Shown here: piece by piece, positions 43,782-52,006 of the stretch
Position numbering within the stretch: position 1 is the stretch's first letter
Layout of the letters: each line of letters starts with the position of its first letter
Assembly: GCA_964507655.1 (NCBI GenBank)
Contig: CAZDSL010000001.1
Location: forward strand, 1-59,066
DNA: 59,066 bases
Direction of reading: 5' to 3'
Origin: an uncultured Mycobacteriaceae bacterium
GTDB taxonomy: Bacteria > Actinomycetota > Actinomycetes > Mycobacteriales > Mycobacteriaceae
Notes under the pieces: model-generated
Told to the model about the DNA's origin: nothing
The model's database searches: none
Seen by the model: only the letters and a program-made list of their open reading frames with translations
Made by a program: the position numbers and the translations under genes

Positions 43782-44029
43782 TCAGCGGCTGGCCAGGCGT
43801 GCAGCCAGGGCTGTGACACGGGCGGCGATGTCGTCACGGACCAGGCGCATGCGTTCGATCCCATCGATGCCGCGCTGTGAGGGTTCGACGGTGTCCCACC
43901 GTTCTAATCGTGTGCCGGGTACCGGATCGAGGTGTGCCTCGCTGCCGAGGATGACGACCATGTCGACGTCGCGTACGAGCTGCGGGTCGATCGATTTCGG
44001 GCGCTCGCCAGAGATGTCGATCCCCAGTT
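43782..44029 (-). pseudogene. arsC: 3' half of an LMW-PTP-family arsenate reductase (ArsC), truncated by a Tn3-like end
   Basis: LGIDISGERPK..DMVVILG..ERMRLVRDDI; catalytic CX5R N-terminus absent. Confidence 0.75.
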
Positions 44030-44067
44030 GGGGTAGCACCGGAATACGCCGGAAACGGGCCGTAGCC
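44030..44067. mobile_element. Tn3-family terminal inverted repeat
   Basis: GGGGTAGCACCGGAATACGCCGGAAACGGGCCGTAG begins exactly at the arsC break, 43 bp past the tnpA fragment stop. Confidence 0.6.
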
Positions 44068-44109
44068 CGGTAGCTGTTCGGTTTGACCTGCGCGTTTGCG
44101 TGGGGTCGG

Positions 44110-44360
44110 TCAGGCCGGACCGGTGGGAAACAGCGCGCGGGGTTCGAGGTCGAGTCGGGTGGTCGGGTCGGGAACGTTCTGGTGGGGGTCGAGGACCCAT
44201 TCGCCGAACCGTCGGACGGTGTGGGTGATGTAGGGGGTGATGGTGGCCAGGTCGTCGGAGTCGACGTGGTGGCCGTCGGCGGCGAGCGCGTTCGCGGCGG
44301 TGGTGATGTCGCAGGCGGTGGAGTAGATCACGCAGTTGGCGAGCAGTTGGGTCTGCTGCA
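44110..44360 (-). pseudogene. C-terminal fragment of a Tn3-family transposase
   Basis: QLLANCVIYST...DLATITPY..HTVRRFGEW resembles the Tn3 TnpA C-terminus. Confidence 0.7.
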
Positions 44361-44371
44361 CGGATAGGTGA

Positions 44372-45001
44372 CATCGGATCGCAGCCGGCGACGCCAACTC
44401 ATATGCGCTGACCGCCGACGGTGTCGTCTACGCCTGGGGCACCAACAGCGACGGCCAAGACAGGGTTCCTGCCGCTCTCGAAGGCAAGACCGTCACCGCC
44501 ATCTCCTCGAAAGGTGCGCACGCGCTGGCTTTGACCTCCGAGGGCAAGGTCTACGCGTGGGGCGCCGGCGACCAGGGGCAGGACCAAGTACCTTCGGAGC
44601 TCGACGGCCAGACTGTCACGAGCATCGCCACCGGTGGCCGCTTCTCATTCGCTCAGACCGCTGATGGCGTCGTCCACGGCTGGGGCTCCAACGGTTACCA
44701 GCAAGCGACCATCCCCGAGGCATTGAACGGGAAAACCATCACCGCCATCTCGGGCGGCGCACTGTTCACTGTCGCCATCGCCCACGCCCCGTCCGAGCCG
44801 GAAGAACCCGGCTGCCCCGAAGAACCCGGCGAACCTGGTGAGCCCGAAGGGACCGGCGGCACCGGCAGCCTCGGGTCCCTCGGCTCGGCGGCCGGCTCCA
44901 TCGCAGGCTCGCTGGGGGCCCTTGGCTCGTCCTGCGCCGGCTCTGGCTCCGCCGCCGGCTGGGGCTCCGCCGCAGGCTGGGACCTCAACGTCGGCAGCTG
45001 A
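44372..45001 (+). pseudogene. 5'-truncated RCC1-like repeat surface protein with Gly/Ser tail
   Basis: Repeats IAAG..S.ALT.DG.VYAWG....GQ..VP..L.GKTVTAI, then EPEEPG linker and GSLGSLGS tail; frame begins after a stop at 44369. Confidence 0.6.
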
Positions 45002-45121
45002 TTCCGGCCCCGCCGCCACACGGCAGCACCCGGTCGTTCCTCCCTGCCCCTTCGCGGGGAGGAACGCCCCCGCCGGAAGGTCATGGCCTGGGCACCCCGC
45101 CCGACGACGCCAACCGGCCCA

Positions 45122-45311
45122 TGAAGCGCCCCAGGTTTGATGCCGCTCCTTTCTGAGTCACGACCAGGAAGGATGGGCCCGTGCCCAAGAGGATCGATCC
45201 ACAGTTGAAGGCGCGCGAGGTACGCCTTGTCAATGAGCACCTTGAGCAGTATCCCTCGCTGACCGAGGCGTGCGACCACGCTGAAACCCCGGAAATGCCT
45301 GGGGCGCATGG
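45122..45311 (+). mobile_element. Internally deleted IS3-family remnant
   Basis: Left end TGAAGCGCCCCAGG, OrfA start MPKRIDPQLKAREVRLVNEH..YPSLT (45181), partial right IR CCTGGGGCGC at 45298-45307. Confidence 0.65.
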
Positions 45312-45323
45312 AATAGTGGCCGT

Positions 45324-46364
45324 ATGCGGTCGACCTGCTCCGTCTACATCGATGCCGGATATCTGCTCGCCGCCTCGGCCGCGCGGATCACCGGCACCTC
45401 GTTGCGCAGCGGCATCCACGTGGAGTACCGGCCGCTGGTGGGTTCGCTGGTGCGGGCCGCCGAGCAGTGGGCGGGGCTGCCGGTGCTGCGCGTGCACTGG
45501 TACGACTCGGCCCGCGACGGTGTGCCCGACGCCACCCAGGAGCGCATCGGCGAGCTGCCCAAGGTCAAGCTGCGGCTCGGCCGGTTCGGCTACAACGGCG
45601 AACAGAAGGGCGTCGACCTGCGCATCGGCCTCGACCTGGTGGCGCATGCCCGCAACCGCGCCTCCGACGTCTTCTTCCTCGTCTCGGGCGACGACGACCT
45701 GACCGAGGCCGTCGAGGAGGCCCAGGCGCACGGCGTGCAGGTGGTGGTGCTGGCGGTGCCCGGTGCGAACGGCCGCCCGCACGGCGTCAGCCGCCACCTG
45801 GTGCGCGCGGCCGACGAGCTCGAGTGCATCGACGCCGCCACCGTCGACGCCGCGGTGATCAAACGCGAGGCGCCGCGCATCGTCGAGCCCGCCGAACCCG
45901 CCGAGCCCTCGCCCGCGACCGTCGCGATGCTGCAGCGCCCGCCGGTGCCCACCCCGCTCGACCTGGTCAACGGGCAGCGCCGTCCCATGCCGGCCGGGCC
46001 CGCCAGCGTCATCGCGTACACGTCCACGGGCGCGTCCGGCCCGGCGGCGCTCGCCGACGAGCCGTGCGCGCAATCCCCGCTCATCGACGGGATCGTCGCG
46101 CGCGTGCTGGCCTCGTTCCTCGAATCGGCCACGCCCGAGGCGGTGCGGGCGCTCGAACGGGCGCGGCCGTCGATCCCCGGCGACATCGACCGCGCGCTGC
46201 TGTTCGACGCCTCCGACGCCCTCGGCATCTACTACCTGGACGAGGGCATCCGGTATCGGCTGCGTGCGCGGTTCTGGAACCGGTACGACGAGACGCCCGC
46301 GGCCGGTGCGGCTCAGGCGGGGGATGCCAGCGTGCGGGTGAGCAGTTCGCGCAGCTCGGTGTAG
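45324..46364 (+). CDS. NYN (LabA/DUF88, PIN-like) domain protein
   Basis: VYIDAGY, WYD, QKGVD, LVSGDDD. Confidence 0.85.
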   Translation: MRSTCSVYIDAGYLLAASAARITGTSLRSGIHVEYRPLVGSLVRAAEQWAGLPVLRVHWYDSARDGVPDATQERIGELPKVKLRLGRFGYNGEQKGVDLRIGLDLVAHARNRASDVFFLVSGDDDLTEAVEEAQAHGVQVVVLAVPGANGRPHGVSRHLVRAADELECIDAATVDAAVIKREAPRIVEPAEPAEPSPATVAMLQRPPVPTPLDLVNGQRRPMPAGPASVIAYTSTGASGPAALADEPCAQSPLIDGIVARVLASFLESATPEAVRALERARPSIPGDIDRALLFDASDALGIYYLDEGIRYRLRARFWNRYDETPAAGAAQAGDASVRVSSSRSSV

Positions 46365-47095
46365 TGGCGCTCCGCCGCGTCGGCATCGTAGGCGGAGGTG
46401 TCGTCCATCGTGTAGCCGTGCGGGGCGCCGGCGTAGACGGCGCTGGAGAACGGCACCCCCGCGCGCGTGAGGGCGGCCTCGACGGCGGTGATCGCCTCCG
46501 GCGGCATCGAGCCGTCGTTGTCGGCGTAGCGGGCCAGCACCTCGGCGCGCAGGCCGGGGATGCACAGGTGCGGGCTGTCGGGGGCGTCGGTGACGAGGCC
46601 GCCGGTGTGGAACATCCCCACCGCCGCCACCTGCCCGGGCAGCTGCGCCGCCGCCCGCAGCGCCAGGCGCCCGCCCATGCAGTATCCGATTGCCGCCCAC
46701 CGCGGGTGCGGCGCGGCCAGCTCGCGCAGCGCCGCCGCGTAGGCGACGGCGTCGTCGGCCGCCTGCGCGGGCGTGTGGGCCTGCATCCGCGGTGCCACGG
46801 CCGGGAAGAACTCCTCGCGCGCGCCGGGTTCGCGCAGGTCGCGCGGCGGGGCCAGCTCGGCGGCGGAGCCCGAGCGGTAGAACACGCTGGGCGCCAGCAC
46901 CGTGAAGCCCCACGCGGCGATGCGCGCGGCCATCCGCTCGATCTGCGGGCGCAGCCCGAACGCGTCCATGTACAGCAGCACCCCCGGCCCGGCCGGATCG
47001 GTGCGGGCGGTGAACGCCTCCGCGACGCCGTCGCCGGTGTCGATGCGGATCGTGCCGGTGTGCACGGCGTCGTCGGCGGGGTGGGTGCCGGTCAT
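46313..47095 (-). CDS. Dienelactone hydrolase family protein
   Basis: MDAFGLR, GYCMGG, GAPHGY; ATG 47095. Confidence 0.88.
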   Translation of the reverse strand: MTGTHPADDAVHTGTIRIDTGDGVAEAFTARTDPAGPGVLLYMDAFGLRPQIERMAARIAAWGFTVLAPSVFYRSGSAAELAPPRDLREPGAREEFFPAVAPRMQAHTPAQAADDAVAYAAALRELAAPHPRWAAIGYCMGGRLALRAAAQLPGQVAAVGMFHTGGLVTDAPDSPHLCIPGLRAEVLARYADNDGSMPPEAITAVEAALTRAGVPFSSAVYAGAPHGYTMDDTSAYDADAAERHYTELRELLTRTLASPA

Positions 47096-47136
47096 CGCGT
47101 CTCCTCGTGGTGCGGGGTGCTGCGTCCGTATCGGTT

Positions 47137-47775
47137 CTACCCGCGGGCGGGATCGTGCGGGTCGGGGGCTCCGCTGCGGGGCCGCTGCACCTGGAAGAAC
47201 GAGGGCGAATGCGCCAGCGTCACGAAGGCGCCGAACAGCTCCGCCGCCTCGGGCTCCGGGGGGATCGACATGAGCACGGGGCCGAAGAACGCGGTGCCGT
47301 CGACGGCGACGATGGGGCTGCCGCCCACGTCGCCGAGCGCCCGCTGCCCCTCCTCGTGCGACCGGCGCACCGGCGGATCGTAGGCCGGGTCCTCCATCGC
47401 CTCCGCGAGGACCGGGTCGGCGCCGCACTCGCGGAGCGCCTCCTCGGCGGTGGCGCGGTCCAGCGGCCGCCCGCCGCGGTGGTAGCGCTCGCCCAGCGCG
47501 GTGTAGGCGGGGCCGAGCAGCTCGGCGCCCTGATGCTGCACCACCGCGGCCAGCAGGCGGCCGGCGGCGCGCGAATCGGCCATCTCCGCCGCCTGCTCGT
47601 CGTCCATCTCCTGGCCCTCGTTGAGCACCGCGAGGCTCATCAGGTGCCAGCGGAGCACGGCCGAGTCGTCCCGGGCCGCCGAACGCAGCCAGCGGGTGGT
47701 GACCCACGTGTACGGGCACACCGGGTCGAACCACACGTCGACCTCCGGACGGGCGGTGCTGTGCGTGACGGCCAT
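47137..47775 (-). CDS. DsbA/Rv2466c-like thioredoxin-fold protein
   Basis: WFDPVCPYTW..RWL, MSLAVLN, GSP, AFFGPV; ATG 47775. Confidence 0.8.
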   Translation of the reverse strand: MAVTHSTARPEVDVWFDPVCPYTWVTTRWLRSAARDDSAVLRWHLMSLAVLNEGQEMDDEQAAEMADSRAAGRLLAAVVQHQGAELLGPAYTALGERYHRGGRPLDRATAEEALRECGADPVLAEAMEDPAYDPPVRRSHEEGQRALGDVGGSPIVAVDGTAFFGPVLMSIPPEPEAAELFGAFVTLAHSPSFFQVQRPRSGAPDPHDPARG

Positions 47776-47884
47776 GCGGTCACCTGCTTCCTCCCCGGGG
47801 CGGAACCCGGCGCCGGCCACTCCCGAGGCATGTGACCGGGGCCTCAACTCCACCGTGCCACGGGCGTGTTCTAGTGTGCGGCGT

Positions 47885-48661
47885 ATGGAGATCAGGGGAG
47901 CAAGTGCAATCGTCACGGGCGGTGCCTCGGGCATCGGCGCCGCCTCCGCCCGCCGGCTGGCCGCGCGCGGCGCCACGGTGGTCGTCGCCGACCTCAACGC
48001 CGACGCCGGCGCGGCGCTGGCCGAGGAGATCGGCGGCGTGTTCGTGCCCGTCGACGTCACCGACACCACGCAGATCGAGGCGGCCGTGAACAAGGCCGTG
48101 GAGCTGGCGCCGCTCAAGGCGCTGGTCAACTCGGCGGGCATCGGCTCGGCGCAGCGCACCATCGGCCGCGACGGCGAGTTCGCCTCGGCGCACAGCCTGG
48201 ACGTGTACAAGAAGGTCATCGCGATCAACCTCATCGGCACGTTCGACGCGGTGCGCCTGGCCGCCACCGCCATGAGCCGCAACGAGCCGGGCGCCGACGG
48301 CGACCGCGGCGCCATCGTCAACCTCGCCTCGGTGGCGGCGTTCGACGGGCAGATCGGCCAGGCCGCGTACTCGTCCTCCAAGGGCGGCGTGGTGGGCATG
48401 ACGCTGCCGGTGGCGCGCGACCTGTCCGCTGCGGGCATCCGCCTCAACACCATCGCGCCGGGGCTCATCGACACCCCCATCTACGGCAGCGGGCCGGAGT
48501 CGGACGCCTTCAAGGCGAACCTGGGCAAGAACGTGCTGTTCCCGAAGCGCCTGGGCGTGCCCGACGAGCTGGCCTCCATGGTCGAGGAGCTGCTCACCAA
48601 CTCGTACATGAACGCCGAGGTGGTGCGCGTCGACGGCGGCATCCGGATGCCCCCGAAGTAG
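47885..48661 (+). CDS. SDR (3-hydroxyacyl-CoA dehydrogenase type 2-like)
   Basis: TGGASGIG, NSAG, ASVAAFDGQIGQAAYSSSKGG, PKRLG. Confidence 0.9.
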   Translation: MEIRGASAIVTGGASGIGAASARRLAARGATVVVADLNADAGAALAEEIGGVFVPVDVTDTTQIEAAVNKAVELAPLKALVNSAGIGSAQRTIGRDGEFASAHSLDVYKKVIAINLIGTFDAVRLAATAMSRNEPGADGDRGAIVNLASVAAFDGQIGQAAYSSSKGGVVGMTLPVARDLSAAGIRLNTIAPGLIDTPIYGSGPESDAFKANLGKNVLFPKRLGVPDELASMVEELLTNSYMNAEVVRVDGGIRMPPK

Positions 48662-48838
48662 CCTGCGGGGCGGATCGGCGGCAGCGCGCGGCGCGGCGGG
48701 GCCATGGCCCGGCCGCGCCGCGCGTTCTGCGCCGGGCGCTTCCGCGGGGTTCCGCGCACGGGTGCAGCCGATGGGCGACGATGAGCGCATGACGATGTCC
48801 GGAGCGCGGGACGGCTGCGGCGTGCCGGGCGGGCGCCC

Positions 48839-49507
48839 GTGAGGAGCCATCGCCGGGTCGACGTGGCCGCCGCGAGCTCCCTGGCCGGGCTCGCGGGCTT
48901 TGTGGACGCCATCGGGTTCATCACGGCCGGCGGCTACTTCGTGGCGTTCATGAGCGGCAACACCACCCTGGCCGGGGTGTCGCTGGCCGAGGGGCGATTC
49001 CACGATTTCGGGCTCGCGGCGGGGCTGGTGGCCGCGTTCGTGGCCGGGGTGATCGGGGGCGCGCTGCTGGGGCGGCGCGTGCGTCTCAGCCGGCTGGCCG
49101 GGCACCGCAGGATGGCGGCGGTGATGGCGGCGGTGACGGTGCTCCTGCTCGCGGCGGCGGTCACGGGGAACGCGGAGCCTTCCGCCTTCATCGCACCGCC
49201 GCTGCTGGCGATGGCGATGGGCGTGGAGAACGCGGTGTTCGAGCGCAACGGCGAGGTGACGATCGGCCTCACCTACATGACCGGGACGCTGGTGAAACTG
49301 GGGCAGAGCATCGCCGGGCTCCTCGCCGGCGAACCCGCGCCCCTGTGGCGGCGATACCTGGCGCTGTGGGGCGGGCTGACGGTGGGGACCGTGATCGGCG
49401 CGGTCGCGCACACGGGGCTGGGGCATGCAGCGCTCTGGCTCGCCGCCGCCGCGGCGGCCGCGGCGACGGCGGCGCTGTGGGCGATGCCGCCGGGCAGGCT
49501 CGGGTGA
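48839..49507 (+). CDS. YoaK/DUF1275 family membrane protein
   Basis: AGFVDA..F..FMSGNTT, AMGVEN, TYMTG. Confidence 0.85.
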   Translation: MRSHRRVDVAAASSLAGLAGFVDAIGFITAGGYFVAFMSGNTTLAGVSLAEGRFHDFGLAAGLVAAFVAGVIGGALLGRRVRLSRLAGHRRMAAVMAAVTVLLLAAAVTGNAEPSAFIAPPLLAMAMGVENAVFERNGEVTIGLTYMTGTLVKLGQSIAGLLAGEPAPLWRRYLALWGGLTVGTVIGAVAHTGLGHAALWLAAAAAAAATAALWAMPPGRLG

Positions 49508-49533
49508 GGGATCGGCCTGAGGCGCGGGCCATG

Positions 49534-49613
49534 TGACACGAATCGACCGCAACGTGGTGCTGAGATGGCCGGATCCGGCCATCTCATACCCGAGTTGCGG
49601 TCGATCCGTGTCA
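49534..49613. repeat. 80-bp long palindrome (REP-like / bidirectional terminator) between convergent genes
   Basis: TGACACG.ATCGACCGCAAC...TGAGATGGCCGG-AT-CCGGCCATCTCA...GTTGCGGTCGAT.CGTGTCA. Confidence 0.75.
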
Positions 49614-49634
49614 ATCGAGGCGTGCGGCCTGGTT

Positions 49635-51269
49635 TCACCCCGCCCGGCGCGCCCGCAGCACGGCATCCTGGACGGTGATGTCGGCGCCGTCGAAGCGCTC
49701 GACGCGCGAGCGGGCCTCGCAAGTGTCGAGCACCCAGCCGTCGCCCAGGGTGGCGGCCAGGTCCTCGGCGGTCCAGCCGATCTCCGAGAGGTCGGGCCGC
49801 CGCACGCCGGTGTGGGCGTCGTCGGGGTGGTGCCCGATGATCAGCAGCGTGCCGCCGGGCGCCACGGCCTCGGCCAGCCGGGCGAACATGCCCGCGCGGC
49901 GGTCGGCCGGGATGTGCAGGTACGAGGCCGTGACCAGGTCGAAGGTGCCGGGCACGGGCTCGCGGGTGAGGTCGAGGTGGCGCCAGTCGACGGTCACGCC
50001 GCGCTGCTCGGCCAGCCGTGCGCCGCGCTCGAGGGCGATGGGTGAGAGGTCGGCGGCCGTGACGGTCCAGCCGTGCTCGGCCAGCCAGAGCGCGTCGCCG
50101 CCCTCGCCCGCGCCGGCGTCGAAGGCGGTGCCGGGCGCGAGGTGCTCGAGCTCGGCGACGACCACCGCGTTGGGCCGGCCGCTCCACATGTGGCCGGCGT
50201 GGCCCTTGCCGCCGTGCTCGGTGCCATGCGGGTGCGCCCCGTCCTGGCCGTCGTGCGCGCCGTGGCCGTGCCCGCCGTGCTCGCCGTAGCGCGCGTCCCA
50301 GGCCGACTGGCCGAACACGTGCTCGTAGCGGGCCTCCGCCGCGTCGGCCATCACCAGGTCGGCGTTGATGGCGGCGCCGGCGCGCAGGCCGTCGGCGGCG
50401 GAGGTGATCACCTGGGCCGCGACGTCGGCGACGTTGCCCGCGGCCCACACCCCGGCCGCCGCGGTGGCGCCCATGGCGTCGGTCTCGATGCGGGTGCCCA
50501 TGAGCGCGCCGCCCGCGGCGAAGTCGACGGGCTCGAGCCCCAGCGGTGCCAGCAGCTCGGCGCGGGCCCGGGCGACGGTGGCGACGGCGAGCGCGTCGAG
50601 GGGCACCGCGGAGCCGTCGGCCAGGCGCACGCCGGTGAGCCCGTCGGCGCCCGACTCCACCGCGGTGACGGCGCCCTCGACCAGCGTGATGCCCAGGGCC
50701 TCGAACTGCTGGCGCTGCTCCTCGGTGAACGCTTCGGCGGTGTGCTGCAGCACGGTGATGTGCTCGCTGAGCTGCCGGAACAGCAGCGCCTGGTGCATGG
50801 CCATGGGGCCGGTGGCGAGGATGCCGATGCGCCGGCCGCGCACCTCCCAGCCGTGGCAGTACGGGCAGTGCAGCACGTCGATGCCCCAGCGCTCCGCGAG
50901 GCCGGGGATCTGCGGCAGCTCGTCGCGGGCTCCGGTGGCGGCGAGCAGGCGGCGGGCGTGCACGGTGACGGGGGCGCCGGCGGCCTCGTAGTCCACCCGG
51001 AAGCCCTCGCCCTCGCGGGCCAGGGCGGTGACCCGGCCGTCGACGACGGTGCCGCCGTAGCCTTCCACCTCGGCGCGCCCGGCGGCGGTGATGCCGGCGG
51101 GCGGGGTGCCGTCGCGGGTGAGGAAGTTGTGCACGTGGCCGGCGGGGGCGTTACGCGGGTCGCCGGCGTCGATCACCAGGACCGAGCGTAGGGAACGGGC
51201 CAGCGCGAGGGCTCCGCTGAATCCGGCGGCGCCGCCGCCCACGACCACGGCATCGTAGTTCTGCGTCAT
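49635..51269 (-). CDS. Fusion of TrxB-like FAD disulfide oxidoreductase and class I SAM methyltransferase
   Basis: VVGGGAAG, HCPYCHG, WAAGN; His-rich linker; DAGAGEGGDA..LA..GW.V.A.DLS; ATG 51269. Confidence 0.85.
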   Translation of the reverse strand: MTQNYDAVVVGGGAAGFSGALALARSLRSVLVIDAGDPRNAPAGHVHNFLTRDGTPPAGITAAGRAEVEGYGGTVVDGRVTALAREGEGFRVDYEAAGAPVTVHARRLLAATGARDELPQIPGLAERWGIDVLHCPYCHGWEVRGRRIGILATGPMAMHQALLFRQLSEHITVLQHTAEAFTEEQRQQFEALGITLVEGAVTAVESGADGLTGVRLADGSAVPLDALAVATVARARAELLAPLGLEPVDFAAGGALMGTRIETDAMGATAAAGVWAAGNVADVAAQVITSAADGLRAGAAINADLVMADAAEARYEHVFGQSAWDARYGEHGGHGHGAHDGQDGAHPHGTEHGGKGHAGHMWSGRPNAVVVAELEHLAPGTAFDAGAGEGGDALWLAEHGWTVTAADLSPIALERGARLAEQRGVTVDWRHLDLTREPVPGTFDLVTASYLHIPADRRAGMFARLAEAVAPGGTLLIIGHHPDDAHTGVRRPDLSEIGWTAEDLAATLGDGWVLDTCEARSRVERFDGADITVQDAVLRARRAG

Positions 51270-51311
51270 GCGTTCAGGATGCGCCCAGCCGGCCGCGCTT
51301 GACAAATATTG

Positions 51312-51326
51312 TTGCCGAATCGGCAA
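51312..51326. promoter_or_regulatory. Palindromic operator between divergent genes
   Basis: TTGCCGA-A-TCGGCAA perfect palindrome next to TTGACA (51299). Confidence 0.6.
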
Positions 51327-51335
51327 AATGGACCC

Positions 51336-51920
51336 ATGGCGGAGAATCGGGACGACATCGCGCAGACCCTCGAGCGGGTGGGGCCGCGCCTGCGGGCGGT
51401 CCGCGAGCGGCGGGGGGCCACGCTGGCGGGGCTGTCGGAAGCCAGCGGCATCTCGGTGAGCACGCTGTCGCGGCTGGAGTCGGGCGCCCGCAGGCCCACG
51501 CTCGAGCTGCTGCTGCGGCTGGCCCGCGCGCACGAGGTGCCGCTCGAGGAGCTGGTGGACGGCCCCGCCACCGAGGATCCGCGCGTGCGCTCGCGCCCGG
51601 TGCGCCGCGACGACCGCACGTTCCTGCCGCTCACCCGGCGCCCGGGCGGGGTGCAGGCGTTCAAGCTGGTCATCGACCCGGGCGGGCCGCAGCCGCAGCG
51701 CAGCCACGAGGGCTACGAGTGGATGTACGTGCTCGACGGGCGGATGCGGCTGCTGCTGGGCGAGCTCGATCTGGTGCTGGGCGCCGGCGAGGCCGCGGAA
51801 TTCGACACGCACACCCCGCACTGGTTCGGCAGCGCCGACGATCGGCCGGTGGAGCTTCTGGTGCTGTTCGGGCCGCAGGGCGAGCGCATGCACGTGCGGG
51901 CGCGGCCGGCCGGGGGGTGA
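51336..51920 (+). CDS. XRE-family HTH + cupin transcriptional regulator
   Basis: GISVSTLSRLESG HTH; HEGYEWMYVL..G..FDTHTPH cupin. Confidence 0.88.
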   Translation: MAENRDDIAQTLERVGPRLRAVRERRGATLAGLSEASGISVSTLSRLESGARRPTLELLLRLARAHEVPLEELVDGPATEDPRVRSRPVRRDDRTFLPLTRRPGGVQAFKLVIDPGGPQPQRSHEGYEWMYVLDGRMRLLLGELDLVLGAGEAAEFDTHTPHWFGSADDRPVELLVLFGPQGERMHVRARPAGG

Positions 51921-51937
51921 TGCGCCGCGGGGGCGGA

Positions 51938-52006
51938 TCGGGCTCACCCCGGCGCGGCAGAGTCGGGCTCACCCCGCCGCGGCCGGGTCGGGCTCACCCC
52001 GCCGCG
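51938..52006. repeat. Three 25-bp-period tandem copies including the MFS stop codon
   Basis: TCGGGCTCACCCCG(G/C)CGCG at 51938, 51963, 51988. Confidence 0.75.

Noticed and set aside
45047-45055. CCCCTTCGC match to the tRNA-Leu 3' end as possible attR
   Set aside because: Only 9 bp and part of a local hairpin; expected by chance
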